Of a stretch of 60,536 nt of DNA, positions 26,612 through 36,715 are shown piece by piece. Source of the stretch: a virus (lineage: Duplodnaviria; Caudoviricetes); IMG/VR virus record IMGVR_UViG_3300044648_000299, positions 1 to 60,536 of that record. One strand, written 5' to 3'. The position numbers and the translations under genes were made by a program. The notes under the pieces were generated by a model. It made no database searches. It was not told where the DNA came from and worked only from the letters and a program-made list of their open reading frames with translations. Position 1 is the first letter of the stretch, and each line of letters opens with the position of its first letter.

Positions 26612-27478
26612 TCACGCATTGCGTGCCAGCGTAGACAGGTATGCAACGGTCTCGTCAGGTGACATGGACATGCTGGTCAGACGCGTGAAGATGTCCCGGT
26701 AGCGCTGCAAGTCACCCTCGCGGGTGAGCTGACGCCCCGATCGGTCGTCCTCCAGGTACACCGCGTCAAGGCTCGGCTCGTCCTTCACGGTGAGGGCGTA
26801 GAACGGGACGCCCATCGCCGGGTGCGCGCCCGAGCTGAACGGCAACACCTGCACTGTGACCTGCGGGTCCGACGCCACCTTGACGATGTGCTCCAGCTGG
26901 CCGCGCCACGCCTCCGGGTCGCCGACCGGCCGCATCAAGACCGCCTCGTTCAGGATGACCCGCATCGTGGGCACACCACCGTCGACGAGGTGCCGCTGCC
27001 GGGCGAGCCGGAACTGCACCAGCCGCGCCGTCGCCTCCTCGGTGGCGTCCGGGACGGCCGCGGCGCGGAACCCGCGGATGTAGCCCTCCGTCTGGAGAAG
27101 GCCGGGCACCAGCTCGGTCTCGAACAAATCCAGGCCGGTGGCGACGGACTCGCGGCCGAGGAGCTCCTTGAACCACGGCTCGGGGCCGAACTCCGCCCAC
27201 CAGCCCGGTGCTGCGCCGCGCTCTGCTTCCTCTACCAACTCGTCCTCCAGGTCCTTGGCGCCGTAGAACGCGGCGAGGAGCCGCACGTGCGCGACCTTGG
27301 CGGACGTCCTGCCGTTTTCGATGCGGCTGATGGTGGCCTTGTCGACCCGAAGGTACTGCGCGGCGTCGAGCATCTCCTTGCCCGCGGCCATGCGGAGCTG
27401 ACGGAGGCGCGCACCGAGCCGGATGCGGATCATGAGGGTGCCGCCGTCGCGGGTCTTGCGCGTCTCGGTCCTGGTCAT
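26612..27478 (-). CDS. XRE HTH + DUF5753 regulator (WhiJ-like)
   Basis: LGARLRQLR; ISRIENG; GWW; VPGLLQTE.Y; NEAVL.RPVG; QVLPF..GAHP; VYLE. Confidence 0.9.
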   Translation of the reverse strand: MTRTETRKTRDGGTLMIRIRLGARLRQLRMAAGKEMLDAAQYLRVDKATISRIENGRTSAKVAHVRLLAAFYGAKDLEDELVEEAERGAAPGWWAEFGPEPWFKELLGRESVATGLDLFETELVPGLLQTEGYIRGFRAAAVPDATEEATARLVQFRLARQRHLVDGGVPTMRVILNEAVLMRPVGDPEAWRGQLEHIVKVASDPQVTVQVLPFSSGAHPAMGVPFYALTVKDEPSLDAVYLEDDRSGRQLTREGDLQRYRDIFTRLTSMSMSPDETVAYLSTLARNA

Positions 27479-27662
27479 GTGCTCATTGTGCCCACTCGAT
27501 CAAGTGATGTCCCCACATGTCACCTGTCAGATGCAATGCATTTGGGTGTTGCACAAGCTAGTGTGCTGGAGCGGGGGGTTCGCGCCCCTCCGCAGCCTCG
27601 CCCCAGGGGAATCGTCCTCGCGCACAACCTGGGGCGAGGCCCCACCACAGGAGGTGACAGCG

Positions 27663-29244
27663 ATGGAAGCCGCAGCCTGGACCGTGGTCCTCGCCGTGGG
27701 CCTCTCCCTCGCCGCCCTGCTGTTCCTCGTCACGAACCTGCAAGTCGAGCAGCGGCGCGAACACCGCCACCACGAGCTCGCTGCACGCCCCGATGTCCCC
27801 CCGGCCGGGGCGGCGCAGCGAAGCGCGGCCGGCCGACCTCACCCCGCGGGCAGCCCCCAGCCCGACGAGGACCGGCCGGCCGCGCACCATCACCGCCGCA
27901 AGGAGCACCCATGAGACGTCTCATCGATGCCATCGACACCCTCATCGAGCGCTGCCTGTACGGGAGAGCCGCATGAGCGGCCTCATCCTCCCCGCGTCCG
28001 CCGAGGTGCAGCTCATCCTGCGGCACTACAACGCGGTCGAGCGCATCATGCACGGCTCTGACGACGTCGAGGCGCGGACCGTGCGGGCCGACGAGTACAT
28101 GGTGCAGGTCCGCGCCCGCTGCGGGCAGCGCGTCCATGACGCGATCCTGGTGATGCTGGCCCAGGCGCGCCAGATCGCGCCGCCGTTCGCTCTCCAGTAG
28201 GCACCGCCGGCCGGTAGTCCCGGGTACCGTCAGGCGTCACGCACCCCAGCAGGGAGACGACCGTGACCGCACCCACCCGCGACCTCGTGGACGTCGCCAC
28301 CATCTACGCATCCACCCGGCACCTCGCTCACCCCCGCCATCTCGACCGGGTGTCCGCCGACACTGCTGGTCGGGCAGGTAGGGCCCTGTGCGGCAGCATC
28401 GGCTGGGACCAGACCGGGCGGGACTGGCTCGTCGGCACACCCGCCTACCGGGTCGACATCGCCGGGCTCCAGCTGTGCGCGACGTGCGCGAAGGCCGCCC
28501 CGTGAACACGACCAGCGCGCCCATGATGCGCTCCCGGCAGTCCGGCACGTCCTGCCCGCACCACGGCACCCGCTGCGCCCCCGACGAGTGGCGGCGGCAC
28601 GCCGTCGTCCGCGCTCAGGAGAAGCGGCAGTGGCGCGACGAGGTTCAGCGGGGCCGCTGGTGACCAGGCCGCCCCGCATCCCGCCCGGCGCAGGCATCGA
28701 CTGCTGGCACTGCCACGCCGACCTCCTCCCCGGCGACCACATCATCCGCGTGTGCGTCCTGTGCTACCGCGACCTCCGCTGGCCCCGCGAACCCGTCGAC
28801 GTCGTGATCGAGCGCGCCGACACAGCCCGCCGGGAGTGGCTACAGCGGCTCGACGCAGCCGTACACCTCACACTGCCCTGAAACGCCCTGGCCGGTCGGA
28901 GCGATCCACCCCAGGACACCGCCAGCGCCAGGGAGCCTCTCGTGACCGAGCCCGCGTTCAGCCCCACCACCAACAGCACCGGACAGACCACCGACGCCGG
29001 CCCGCCCTGGAACACCGACCTCGCCACCGCATCCCTCAACCGCATCCGCAACGCCCCCACCATCGACGCCGCCCACGCCCAAGCCACCGTCGAAGCCGTG
29101 ATCCTGCTGCACTCCATCCGCCGCATCCTGCTCTGGGCCGCCGTCATCATCCTCACCATCGCCCTGATCTTCGGCCTGACCTGGGGCATCGTCGCCGCCC
29201 AGAGTGACGAGGTCGACTGCCCCACCTACTCCAGCCGCTGCTGA
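27663..29244 (+). CDS. Operon of small ORFs (27663-27914 TM, 27911-27976, 27973-28200, 28263-28505, 28502-28663, 28660-28881, 28942-29244 TM)
   Basis: RBSs and ATGA/GTGA couplings; divergent from the XRE gene. Confidence 0.6.
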
Positions 29245-29254
29245 ACGCACGAAA

Positions 29255-29284
29255 GCGCCCCCACCGCCGAAGCGATGGGGGCGC
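29255..29284. terminator. Terminator between convergent operons
   Basis: GCGCCCCCA...TGGGGGCGC stem. Confidence 0.65.
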
Positions 29285-29312
29285 AGACGTGCAGTCGATC
29301 AGGGATGGACGG

Positions 29313-29672
29313 TCACACGCTCGACAGCCTCGCCGAGTCCACAGGCGGCTCCGGCGCCACGACGTTCTGCCGCACGAAGAACGCACCCAGCGCGGTCACC
29401 ACCGCCAACACCGCCACCTGCGTCGTATCCGGCACGTGCATCCCCAGCGAGATCACCAGCGCGAACACCGCCTTGATCAGCCCAGTCAGCGCCGGCAGCG
29501 CGGCATCCACCGACACCATCGCCGCCGTCGCGAACCCGCCGGCGGCCAGCAGCGCCGCGTTCACGTAGCCCTGCACCTCGGGCGTCAGGTTGAAGAACAG
29601 CGCGACCCCCTGAAACAGGGTCACCAGCATCGCGAACGCCACCGCGGGCTCACGCCCGAACACCCTGCGCAT
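29313..29672 (-). CDS. Holin
   Basis: M..FGREP start, 4 TM segments, ..VRQ.V end; adjacent to lysin. Confidence 0.8.
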   Translation of the reverse strand: MRRVFGREPAVAFAMLVTLFQGVALFFNLTPEVQGYVNAALLAAGGFATAAMVSVDAALPALTGLIKAVFALVISLGMHVPDTTQVAVLAVVTALGAFFVRQNVVAPEPPVDSARLSSV

Positions 29673-30574
29673 CACGCCTCCGTCTCGGTGGTCAGCGCCG
29701 CCAGGATCGAGTCCAGCTTCGAGTCCAGCTCGGCGATCTTCGCGTTCGTGTCGGCCTGCGCCTGCACGAACTTGTCGTCCAGTTCCGCCACACGCTTCTC
29801 GGTCCACTGGCCGATGACCTCGTTCGGGACGTCCTGGCCCTTCCAGTTCGTTCCGTTGACCAGGTCGTCGACCTTGCCGCTGATCTCGTCCACGCGCTGC
29901 TCGATCGCGTTGAGCACGGCCTGCGCGGCGACGTCCGTGCCGTGGTAGTTCGTGATGCCGATGTCGCGCATGTGGTTGGGCACGTCGTCCTCCTGCTGCT
30001 GCTTGGCCCCTGAGACGAAGCTCAGGATTCGGGTCACATCAAGAGCGCCGGGATCCCAGTGGTTGTCCGGCGCCGGAAGGTGCTGGTGGCCCAGCCACCC
30101 AGAGAAGTCACGCAACCCCGCCGCAGACAGACGGATCGGCGACGAAGCCGACGCCAGCGTGATGCCGCTGCGCTCGTCCTTGAAGCCTCCGCCGATCACC
30201 CGCCGCGGGATGCCGAACGCCCGCTCCAGCGGCGCGATCACGTCCTGCGCGATGTTCCGCAGCGCCTGCTCCGACCAGCCGCGGGTCTCGCGGGCGAACC
30301 CCACCAACTCGACCTGGACCATGAAGTCGTCGTCGTTGCCGTCCATCGCCGAGTACGCGGCCCGGTCCAGCCGGACGTGCTGCACGCCGCGCCGGTTGCG
30401 CCAGTCGTAGATCAGGTGCGGCGGGTAGGGGGCGTAGGCGGACATCGCACCCGCGATCGAGCCGCCCTCGGTGGTGTGGAGGCAGCCCTTCGGGTTGTGC
30501 GTGTACTGGTAGGGCTTGCCGCCCAGGCCGCGGTACTCGTGCCGTTCGTAGCCCGGCAGCCATGCGTCGACCAT
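29672..30574 (-). CDS. Endolysin, Zn amidase (Amidase_2-like) with C-terminal coiled coil
   Basis: LHTTEG, QVELVG, GHQH.P...HWDPG. Confidence 0.85.
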   Translation of the reverse strand: MVDAWLPGYERHEYRGLGGKPYQYTHNPKGCLHTTEGGSIAGAMSAYAPYPPHLIYDWRNRRGVQHVRLDRAAYSAMDGNDDDFMVQVELVGFARETRGWSEQALRNIAQDVIAPLERAFGIPRRVIGGGFKDERSGITLASASSPIRLSAAGLRDFSGWLGHQHLPAPDNHWDPGALDVTRILSFVSGAKQQQEDDVPNHMRDIGITNYHGTDVAAQAVLNAIEQRVDEISGKVDDLVNGTNWKGQDVPNEVIGQWTEKRVAELDDKFVQAQADTNAKIAELDSKLDSILAALTTETEA

Positions 30575-30577
30575 GTG

Positions 30578-31270
30578 TCAGCTCCCTCCTCTGAGGGTGA
30601 TGTCCGCCAGTGCCCTGCCGGGCATCAGGCAGTCCAGATCGGTTGCCTGCGGACCACCCGCAGGACTGGTCACGCCGGGCACCTGGCCGGTCGTCGAGTA
30701 CTGGTGCAGCACGACGCGCTCCGGCTCGTACCAGGTGCGGCCCGCCCACTCCTCCGCCGGCGTGCCGGCCGGGCGGGCGTAGCGCTCGGAGTGGCCGACC
30801 CAGCAGCGCACCCACTCCGGCCACGAGGTCGTCCCGCCGAGCAGACCGCCGAAGTAGGAGCCGGAGCTGTAGACGAGCAGCGGGAGGCCGCACAGGTCCC
30901 GGTAGGCGGCCAAGAACTCCCGCGTCCACGTCGGCCAGTCGACGCGCGCGTCTGCCGCCCTGTCCCCGGTCGGCTCGATGTCGATCGCAGGCCACAACCG
31001 CCCCGGCGACGACAACCCGAGGTGTGCGAGCAGGCCCACGAACCGGCGGGCCTCCGTCGCCGGCGACCACCGCGGCGGGTTCGCACGCAGGTAGCCGCCC
31101 AACAGCCGCCCCGTGCGCGAACCCTCACGAACGTTGAGCTCGGCCTGGTTGTCGATCTGCTGCTCGCGCCAGTCCAGCATCCCGATCAGCGCGAACTCCC
31201 GCTCCATCGGAACCGCATCCCAGTCGACGCGCTGGAAGCGCGCCACATCCACGCCACGAATCACGCGCAC
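30578..31270 (-). CDS. GH25 muramidase (second lysin, catalytic domain only)
   Basis: GVDVARFQ..VDW, IDIE, LVYS, HQYS..G.VPG, DLD. Confidence 0.85.
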   Translation of the reverse strand: MRVIRGVDVARFQRVDWDAVPMEREFALIGMLDWREQQIDNQAELNVREGSRTGRLLGGYLRANPPRWSPATEARRFVGLLAHLGLSSPGRLWPAIDIEPTGDRAADARVDWPTWTREFLAAYRDLCGLPLLVYSSGSYFGGLLGGTTSWPEWVRCWVGHSERYARPAGTPAEEWAGRTWYEPERVVLHQYSTTGQVPGVTSPAGGPQATDLDCLMPGRALADITLRGGS

Positions 31271-31306
31271 CTCACAAAACAGGGGAGAAGAACCGGGGAC
31301 GAAAGG

Positions 31307-31663
31307 TCACTTGCGACGAAGCCGTTCGTTCTCGTCGCGCAGCTCACCCATCTCCTTCGACATCTGATGCACCTGCCCCCGCAGCTCCTGCACCTCCGCC
31401 TGCGCCGCAGCCAGCTGCTGCTCCAGGGCGGTAGCCCGCCGTACCAGCGGCTCCAGCAGCACGATCGACGCGTCCGACAGGACCTTCCGTGCCGAAGCGT
31501 CGGCGAGGTCTGCGTCCTCGTCGGCCTTCTTCGCCTCGGACACGGTCTTGCGGCTCACAGCGCGCACCGTCAGCAGTGACGACAGCCCCGCAGAGCCCAG
31601 CACCGCGACGATCAGCATGATCGCGATGCTCCACGCCAGAGGAAGCCCAGCTGGAGGTGTCAT
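31307..31663 (-). CDS. Membrane-anchored coiled-coil lysis-region protein
   Basis: N-terminal TM plus heptad repeats. Confidence 0.7.
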   Translation of the reverse strand: MTPPAGLPLAWSIAIMLIVAVLGSAGLSSLLTVRAVSRKTVSEAKKADEDADLADASARKVLSDASIVLLEPLVRRATALEQQLAAAQAEVQELRGQVHQMSKEMGELRDENERLRRK

Positions 31664-32115
31664 GACGCCTCCAGCTCGTCGCCCAGCCCGACCGCTATGG
31701 CCGCCTGCGCGATCACCCTCGCCTCGCCGGGAATGCGCAGCGCCCGCAGAATGTGCGCGATCGACAGGAAGCACACCAGGAGCGTGAAGAGGAACCCGTC
31801 GGTGCCGAGCTTGGCGAACACCACGAGGCCGTAGCCGATCCAGGCCGCGGATTGCAGCCACAGGCCGGACGCCTCGATGTGCAGGCCCATCAGGCGGCGC
31901 CAGGGCAGGAAGATTCCGCTGAGCGCGATGCACGACGACACCAGCGTCGCCCCGAAGAACACCAGGGCCCAGCCGGGGCCGAGCGAGGCGAGAACAGGCG
32001 GAGTCACGCCGTCATCGGTGAAGAGCTCGCCGAGGAGCCCGCCGGCCCCACCGAAGAGACCTACGGCGAGCATGGCGATCTCATGCTCGCGCCTACCAGA
32101 GCGATTCACGATCAT
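31660..32115 (-). CDS. Multi-TM membrane protein (lysis region)
   Basis: 4 hydrophobic helices. Confidence 0.7.
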   Translation of the reverse strand: MIVNRSGRREHEIAMLAVGLFGGAGGLLGELFTDDGVTPPVLASLGPGWALVFFGATLVSSCIALSGIFLPWRRLMGLHIEASGLWLQSAAWIGYGLVVFAKLGTDGFLFTLLVCFLSIAHILRALRIPGEARVIAQAAIAVGLGDELEAS

Positions 32116-32263
32116 CTCCGTCCTTCCCCCCGACCGTTCTCTTGCTGTGGGTCAGAACGGAGCCATCCCCCAGATGAGCGTCGTTCTCGATGTAGCAACT
32201 TCCGTGATCAACACGAACTACCTGGTGAGCGCCACGCGGGCGCGACCACCAGGGGGAGATCGC

Positions 32264-32689
32264 ATGGAAAGACGCGCCAGTGCCTACGCCGCCGCGGCGG
32301 CCGTCACCGCCGTCCTCATCGGAGGCGGCATCGCGCTCGCCTCCGCCGACACGCCCGCACCCGCCACGCCCGTCGAGCAGTTGCAGGTCGCCGACACCAC
32401 CACGACCAGCGGCAGTGTCGAACCCACCACCACCGCGGTCGAGCCGACGACTGCCGACACCACCGATCCCGCACCGGCGGCGCCGGTCGACGCGCCCGCA
32501 CAGCAGGTGCCCGCGCCGGCCGCACCGGCGGATACTCAGGTCATGACCACGACCGAACCGCCCGTGCAGCCCGAGCCGCAGCCGGACCCCGTGCCCGTCG
32601 AGCGCACCCCGGACGACTACTACGACGGGCCGCCGCCGGACGCCCCCGAGCCCAACCAGCCCCCGCCGCCCCCGCCTCCCGGCGGCTGA
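32264..32689 (+). CDS. Secreted Pro/Thr-rich protein, antisense moron in the tail/lysis block
   Basis: GGAG RBS; signal peptide ending ALA; low-complexity P/T/A/D. Confidence 0.65.
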   Translation: MERRASAYAAAAAVTAVLIGGGIALASADTPAPATPVEQLQVADTTTTSGSVEPTTTAVEPTTADTTDPAPAAPVDAPAQQVPAPAAPADTQVMTTTEPPVQPEPQPDPVPVERTPDDYYDGPPPDAPEPNQPPPPPPPGG

Positions 32690-33406
32690 TCAGGGACTCT
32701 GACGCTGGGTCCACTTGAACGTGCCGCCCACGGACCCGGCGCCAGAGGTCCGCTGCACCTGGAGTTCGAGCCGGTGGTAGGAGTTGTAGTCGCCGGGGAT
32801 CGTCAGCGTCTGGAACGACGTCCAGCCGAACATGCCCGCCGTGATCGGGATGACGCTGCCCGTGGCCACGCCGTCGATCGTCCACCTCGCGTTCCCGGTG
32901 CCCGACGAGTTCGAGATCAGGAGCGCCTCGACCTCGAACGCGGGCTGTTGCTTCAGCACGTACCCCGTGGACTGCACCGACACGTAGCCCGCGCTCGTCG
33001 TGTTCGGGATACCTGCGGCCAACACGTTCACCACCGGCCCGGACAGCCACGGCCGCGCCAGGCCCTGGCCCGAGACGGCGTCGTTGGAGATCACGACCTG
33101 CTCGTCCTGCGCCCGCAGGCTGAAGAACTGCTCACCCGACGGCAGCGTGCTGATCTCGAACGCGGTTACGCCGTTGTCCCTGCCGATCTCCACGTAGTAC
33201 TTGTCCAACGCCCCCTTGCCGACGTGGAACAGCACCGCGCCCGACGGGTGCCGCACCGTCAGCTCCCCGCCGTCCTGGATCGTCACCCCGCCCTGCGGGA
33301 TCACCACCGACCTCGACGTCCGCCCGCGCACCTCCGCCCGCAGGTCCGCGATCTCGCGGCGCAACTGCTCCACGATGTCGCTCCGGGGTGTCGGCTCCAG
33401 CGGCAT
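32690..33406 (-). CDS. Minor tail protein
   Basis: N-terminal coiled coil then beta-rich region; synteny. Confidence 0.7.
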   Translation of the reverse strand: MPLEPTPRSDIVEQLRREIADLRAEVRGRTSRSVVIPQGGVTIQDGGELTVRHPSGAVLFHVGKGALDKYYVEIGRDNGVTAFEISTLPSGEQFFSLRAQDEQVVISNDAVSGQGLARPWLSGPVVNVLAAGIPNTTSAGYVSVQSTGYVLKQQPAFEVEALLISNSSGTGNARWTIDGVATGSVIPITAGMFGWTSFQTLTIPGDYNSYHRLELQVQRTSGAGSVGGTFKWTQRQSP

Positions 33407-34590
33407 CAGGTACCTCCCCGAACCGGCGCGGTGGTGATCGTCACGGTGTCCGAGGCGTCCCCGGCGATGTGCGTGATCCGGCGCCGGTACAAGCCGTTGT
33501 CGTACCACCAGTGCCCCGACAGGCGCACGTTGACCCAGTCGCCGCGCCGGTACGACCCGAGTACCGGTGTGGCGTTCGCCCGGACCCGCATCTGCCACGA
33601 CTCGATCGCGTGCTGGTAGGCGGCGACGTCTGCTTCCGCGTAGGCGTCCGCGGTCGGCTCTTCCTTGACCGTCCCGTGTCCGGAGTTGATGCGTTCCAGC
33701 AGCGGCACCCCGGCGTTGACAAGGGTCGGATCGTAGGCCGAGCCGATGATCTTGCCCTGGTCCATGCCGTCACCCGGCACGTACGCCCGCTGCGCCATCG
33801 CGCTGGAGTCGCTGTCCGGCTCGACGTCCTCCAAGTTCGCGCCGAGGTTCCACACCCAGTCCGCGCCCTGCTGCCCGAGGTACGGCTCGCCGATGTCCAC
33901 CCGCAGCCGCACCCACTGCTGATCCGCCGACAGCACCGGCGTCACCGTGATGTCCGGGCCGTCCTCCGTCTCGCCGAGCTGCCGCAGCCGCTCCGCGTAC
34001 GTGCCCAACTCGAAGCCCAAGTAAGCGCGGACGTTGTCGCCGTCGTTCGTCACCGGGAACGCCAAGTCCAGCGGCAGTTCGGCACCCGCCTCCGCTGTGG
34101 CCTGCACGAACAACGCGCGAGCGATGGCCGCCTTGGACGCCGGTCCGAGGGGGGTGTCCGCTGCCGGCGCCGCCGGGTTCTGCCACTCGCCCGGCTTGAC
34201 GACGATGCGGCGGCGCAGCAGCGCGGCAAGGTCACCGCAGCCGATCTGGCACGTCGTCGGCGTCGGCTTGTGGGTGATGACGTAGCCGTAGGCGATGGCC
34301 TGCGTTCCGTAGACCGCGACCAGCATGAACCGCCAACCGATGTCCGTGATCGCCCGCAGCCGTCGCGTCACCGACCGGTCGTCCGTCCCCGGCGGGCCGT
34401 CCAGCGCCACCGTCACCCGGAACTCCGCACCGGAGTCGAACGCCAGCGGCAGCGACCACTGCAACCCGGCCAGCGGCAACCTGCCCACCACCCGGCCCGT
34501 GCGGGACTCCGCCACCAACAACTGCCACTCCGGGGACACCGCCGGCGCCGCAGCGCCGACACTGAGCGCCGACGCTCCGAAGCTCGTCAT
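33406..34590 (-). CDS. Minor tail / baseplate hub-like protein
   Basis: Synteny; DGPD, GVPLLE, GDWV, RRI motifs. Confidence 0.75.
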   Translation of the reverse strand: MTSFGASALSVGAAAPAVSPEWQLLVAESRTGRVVGRLPLAGLQWSLPLAFDSGAEFRVTVALDGPPGTDDRSVTRRLRAITDIGWRFMLVAVYGTQAIAYGYVITHKPTPTTCQIGCGDLAALLRRRIVVKPGEWQNPAAPAADTPLGPASKAAIARALFVQATAEAGAELPLDLAFPVTNDGDNVRAYLGFELGTYAERLRQLGETEDGPDITVTPVLSADQQWVRLRVDIGEPYLGQQGADWVWNLGANLEDVEPDSDSSAMAQRAYVPGDGMDQGKIIGSAYDPTLVNAGVPLLERINSGHGTVKEEPTADAYAEADVAAYQHAIESWQMRVRANATPVLGSYRRGDWVNVRLSGHWWYDNGLYRRRITHIAGDASDTVTITTAPVRGGT

Positions 34591-35726
34591 CAGGCGATCT
34601 CCAGCACGGCCGAGATCACCACGTTCGAGTTGGTGTCCAGCGTGTACTGGCCGCCGATCGACGGGATGCCCGTGCCCGGCACGCCCGGCGAGTTCGCAGA
34701 ACGCAGCGCCGCCAGACTCGACACAGCAGCCGACTCCGGCATGAACGCCTGAATCGTCGTCGTACCACCGGGCGCGTAGACCACGCCGGGGTAGATCGCA
34801 CCGCTAGGCCCGTTGTAGAGCTTCACCGAGCCGGTCTGCTCCGGCGCGGCCGAGCTGATCGCCATGCCCGCCGGCAGCCCGAACAGCACCGTGCCGGACT
34901 TGGTGTCGTTGCCGCTGCCGATCTCCATCCTGATTCGCAGAATCAGTGTCTTCCCGAGGCGCACGTACCTGCCGATGATGGAGCCGCCCGAGCCGAGGAC
35001 CAGCGCACCACCGGTCGCGGTCACGGTCGGGGTGTAGGCCGTCCACGCGCCGGGCCGCACCAGCGGCACCCACGCCGTCCCGTCCCACTGGTCCAGGCCG
35101 CCCGTGGCGCTCGGGATCTTCAGGTCCCACGGGTGCGTACCAGCAGCGGCCGTGTTGTTGAAGTCGTTCCGCGGCGCGCCGGCCGCAGCCGTGTAGACCC
35201 GCCGATCGGTGATTTTTCCCGAGGCGATCGACGTCACCCCGGCATCCACCCGCACGTCCGCCAGGAAGATGTAGCTCGGGATGGCCGCGGTCGACGGGCC
35301 GACAGGCGAGGCGCTCGGCGTGCCCTTCACGACCTCGACCCCGGCGCCCTTGGACCACGTGCCGTTGGACGCGTCCCCGAGGTCGGAGTCCCGCACCCGG
35401 TAGATGATCGTGTCGATCCGCGGGTTCGTTGCGTCCGCCGGCTCGATGTCCACCGTGCCCGCCGTCGGGAGCGCGCACTCGTAGCCGTATTCGTTCGCCC
35501 GGTGCACCACGCACGCGCCCGGTGAGATCCGCACCGCCATCGACGCCGACGGAGTCGTTGCCGACACCAGCAGTCCCGTGCCGCCCAGACCCGGCAGCAC
35601 ACCACCATCAGCCATCACCGCGGAGGCGTTCAGTCGCATCGCCGTAGCCATGCCGGCGCGCGCCTCACGCGGACTGACCGCCTTGTCCACGAACCAGGGG
35701 TCCGCCCCTTGGAGGACAGCAGCCAT
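34590..35726 (-). CDS. Minor tail / receptor-binding protein
   Basis: NPRID, WDGTAW, WTAYTP, GRY...G motifs. Confidence 0.75.
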   Translation of the reverse strand: MAAVLQGADPWFVDKAVSPREARAGMATAMRLNASAVMADGGVLPGLGGTGLLVSATTPSASMAVRISPGACVVHRANEYGYECALPTAGTVDIEPADATNPRIDTIIYRVRDSDLGDASNGTWSKGAGVEVVKGTPSASPVGPSTAAIPSYIFLADVRVDAGVTSIASGKITDRRVYTAAAGAPRNDFNNTAAAGTHPWDLKIPSATGGLDQWDGTAWVPLVRPGAWTAYTPTVTATGGALVLGSGGSIIGRYVRLGKTLILRIRMEIGSGNDTKSGTVLFGLPAGMAISSAAPEQTGSVKLYNGPSGAIYPGVVYAPGGTTTIQAFMPESAAVSSLAALRSANSPGVPGTGIPSIGGQYTLDTNSNVVISAVLEIA

Positions 35727-35779
35727 CGTCAGACCTCCCAAGGGTCAACCAGCAGGTGAGGGGAAGAGGGGGAGAAGAG

Positions 35780-36703
35780 TCACCACCAGGCGGGGCGCAG
35801 GTACACCGCGACCGCGCCCAGCGGGTTGTTCGACGCGGCCCGGAACACCCACGAGCGCGTCTCGCCGGGCCCGACGCGCGGCCAGTCACCGACGATCGCC
35901 AGTAGATTCCCGCGGTCCGCCGTGCCGCCCAGCAGCACCGCCTGACCCGGATAATCCATCGCGGTGAACGAGTCGCAGTTGATGACCACGTGCTCACCGG
36001 ATTCGAGGACGCCGTCGTAGCGCACGATCTCGCCGGTCGTGATGTCCGACAGCTCCGGCGACTCCAGCGGCCCCACGAACTCGATCACCGGATACGCGTC
36101 CGCCGTGCCCGAGTTCGTCACCGACACGATCCCGGTCGCCCCGACACCGCCCGCATCCAGACCGCCCACCGTCGTGGCGTCCAAACCACCCACGGTCGTC
36201 GCGTCCAGGCCGCCCGGCGGATCCACCGGCAGCCCCGTACCCGCAGGCGACCCCCACAAGCCGTGGCGCCGCGGATCGGCCGCCACCAGCGTCAACTGCC
36301 ACTCCCACGTGCGCGGAGACAGCAGCCGAACCCGCGGCTTGTCGCCGAGCTCCACCATCGCCGTCCGCGTCATCGTCGGCTCGGCCACCGTCAGCTCGTG
36401 CTGCCCGCCATCGGACAGCAGCCCGTTGAACCGGTCGATCGCCGCGTGCGCCAACTCCACCGTCGGAGCGCGACCACTTCCACGCAGCGTCACCACCCGC
36501 GCATCACGCGAGTTCGGCGACCGCCACACCCCGTGCCCCGTCTCGCGCGCCACATGCCGCAGACGAACTCCCGGCGCGTCGAACCACCCGGAATCCACGT
36601 CCGTGCCGTCCCGGCTGCCGGTGAACCACCGCACCCCGTCGTCATCGACGATGTTGGCCGTCCAGCCGTCGACGTCCCACGTGGGCAGCGTGATCACCGC
36701 CAT
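35780..36703 (-). CDS. Distal tail protein (Dit)
   Basis: Directly after TMP; GW.D.P, R.VTL.G, AADP, N.GT....P, ends AWW. Confidence 0.75.
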   Translation of the reverse strand: MAVITLPTWDVDGWTANIVDDDGVRWFTGSRDGTDVDSGWFDAPGVRLRHVARETGHGVWRSPNSRDARVVTLRGSGRAPTVELAHAAIDRFNGLLSDGGQHELTVAEPTMTRTAMVELGDKPRVRLLSPRTWEWQLTLVAADPRRHGLWGSPAGTGLPVDPPGGLDATTVGGLDATTVGGLDAGGVGATGIVSVTNSGTADAYPVIEFVGPLESPELSDITTGEIVRYDGVLESGEHVVINCDSFTAMDYPGQAVLLGGTADRGNLLAIVGDWPRVGPGETRSWVFRAASNNPLGAVAVYLRPAWW

Positions 36704-36715
36704 GACCAGCACCTC

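Noticed and set aside
32690-35726. Diversity-generating retroelement or invertible tail cassette
   Set aside because: No reverse transcriptase, invertase or template/variable repeat pair seen
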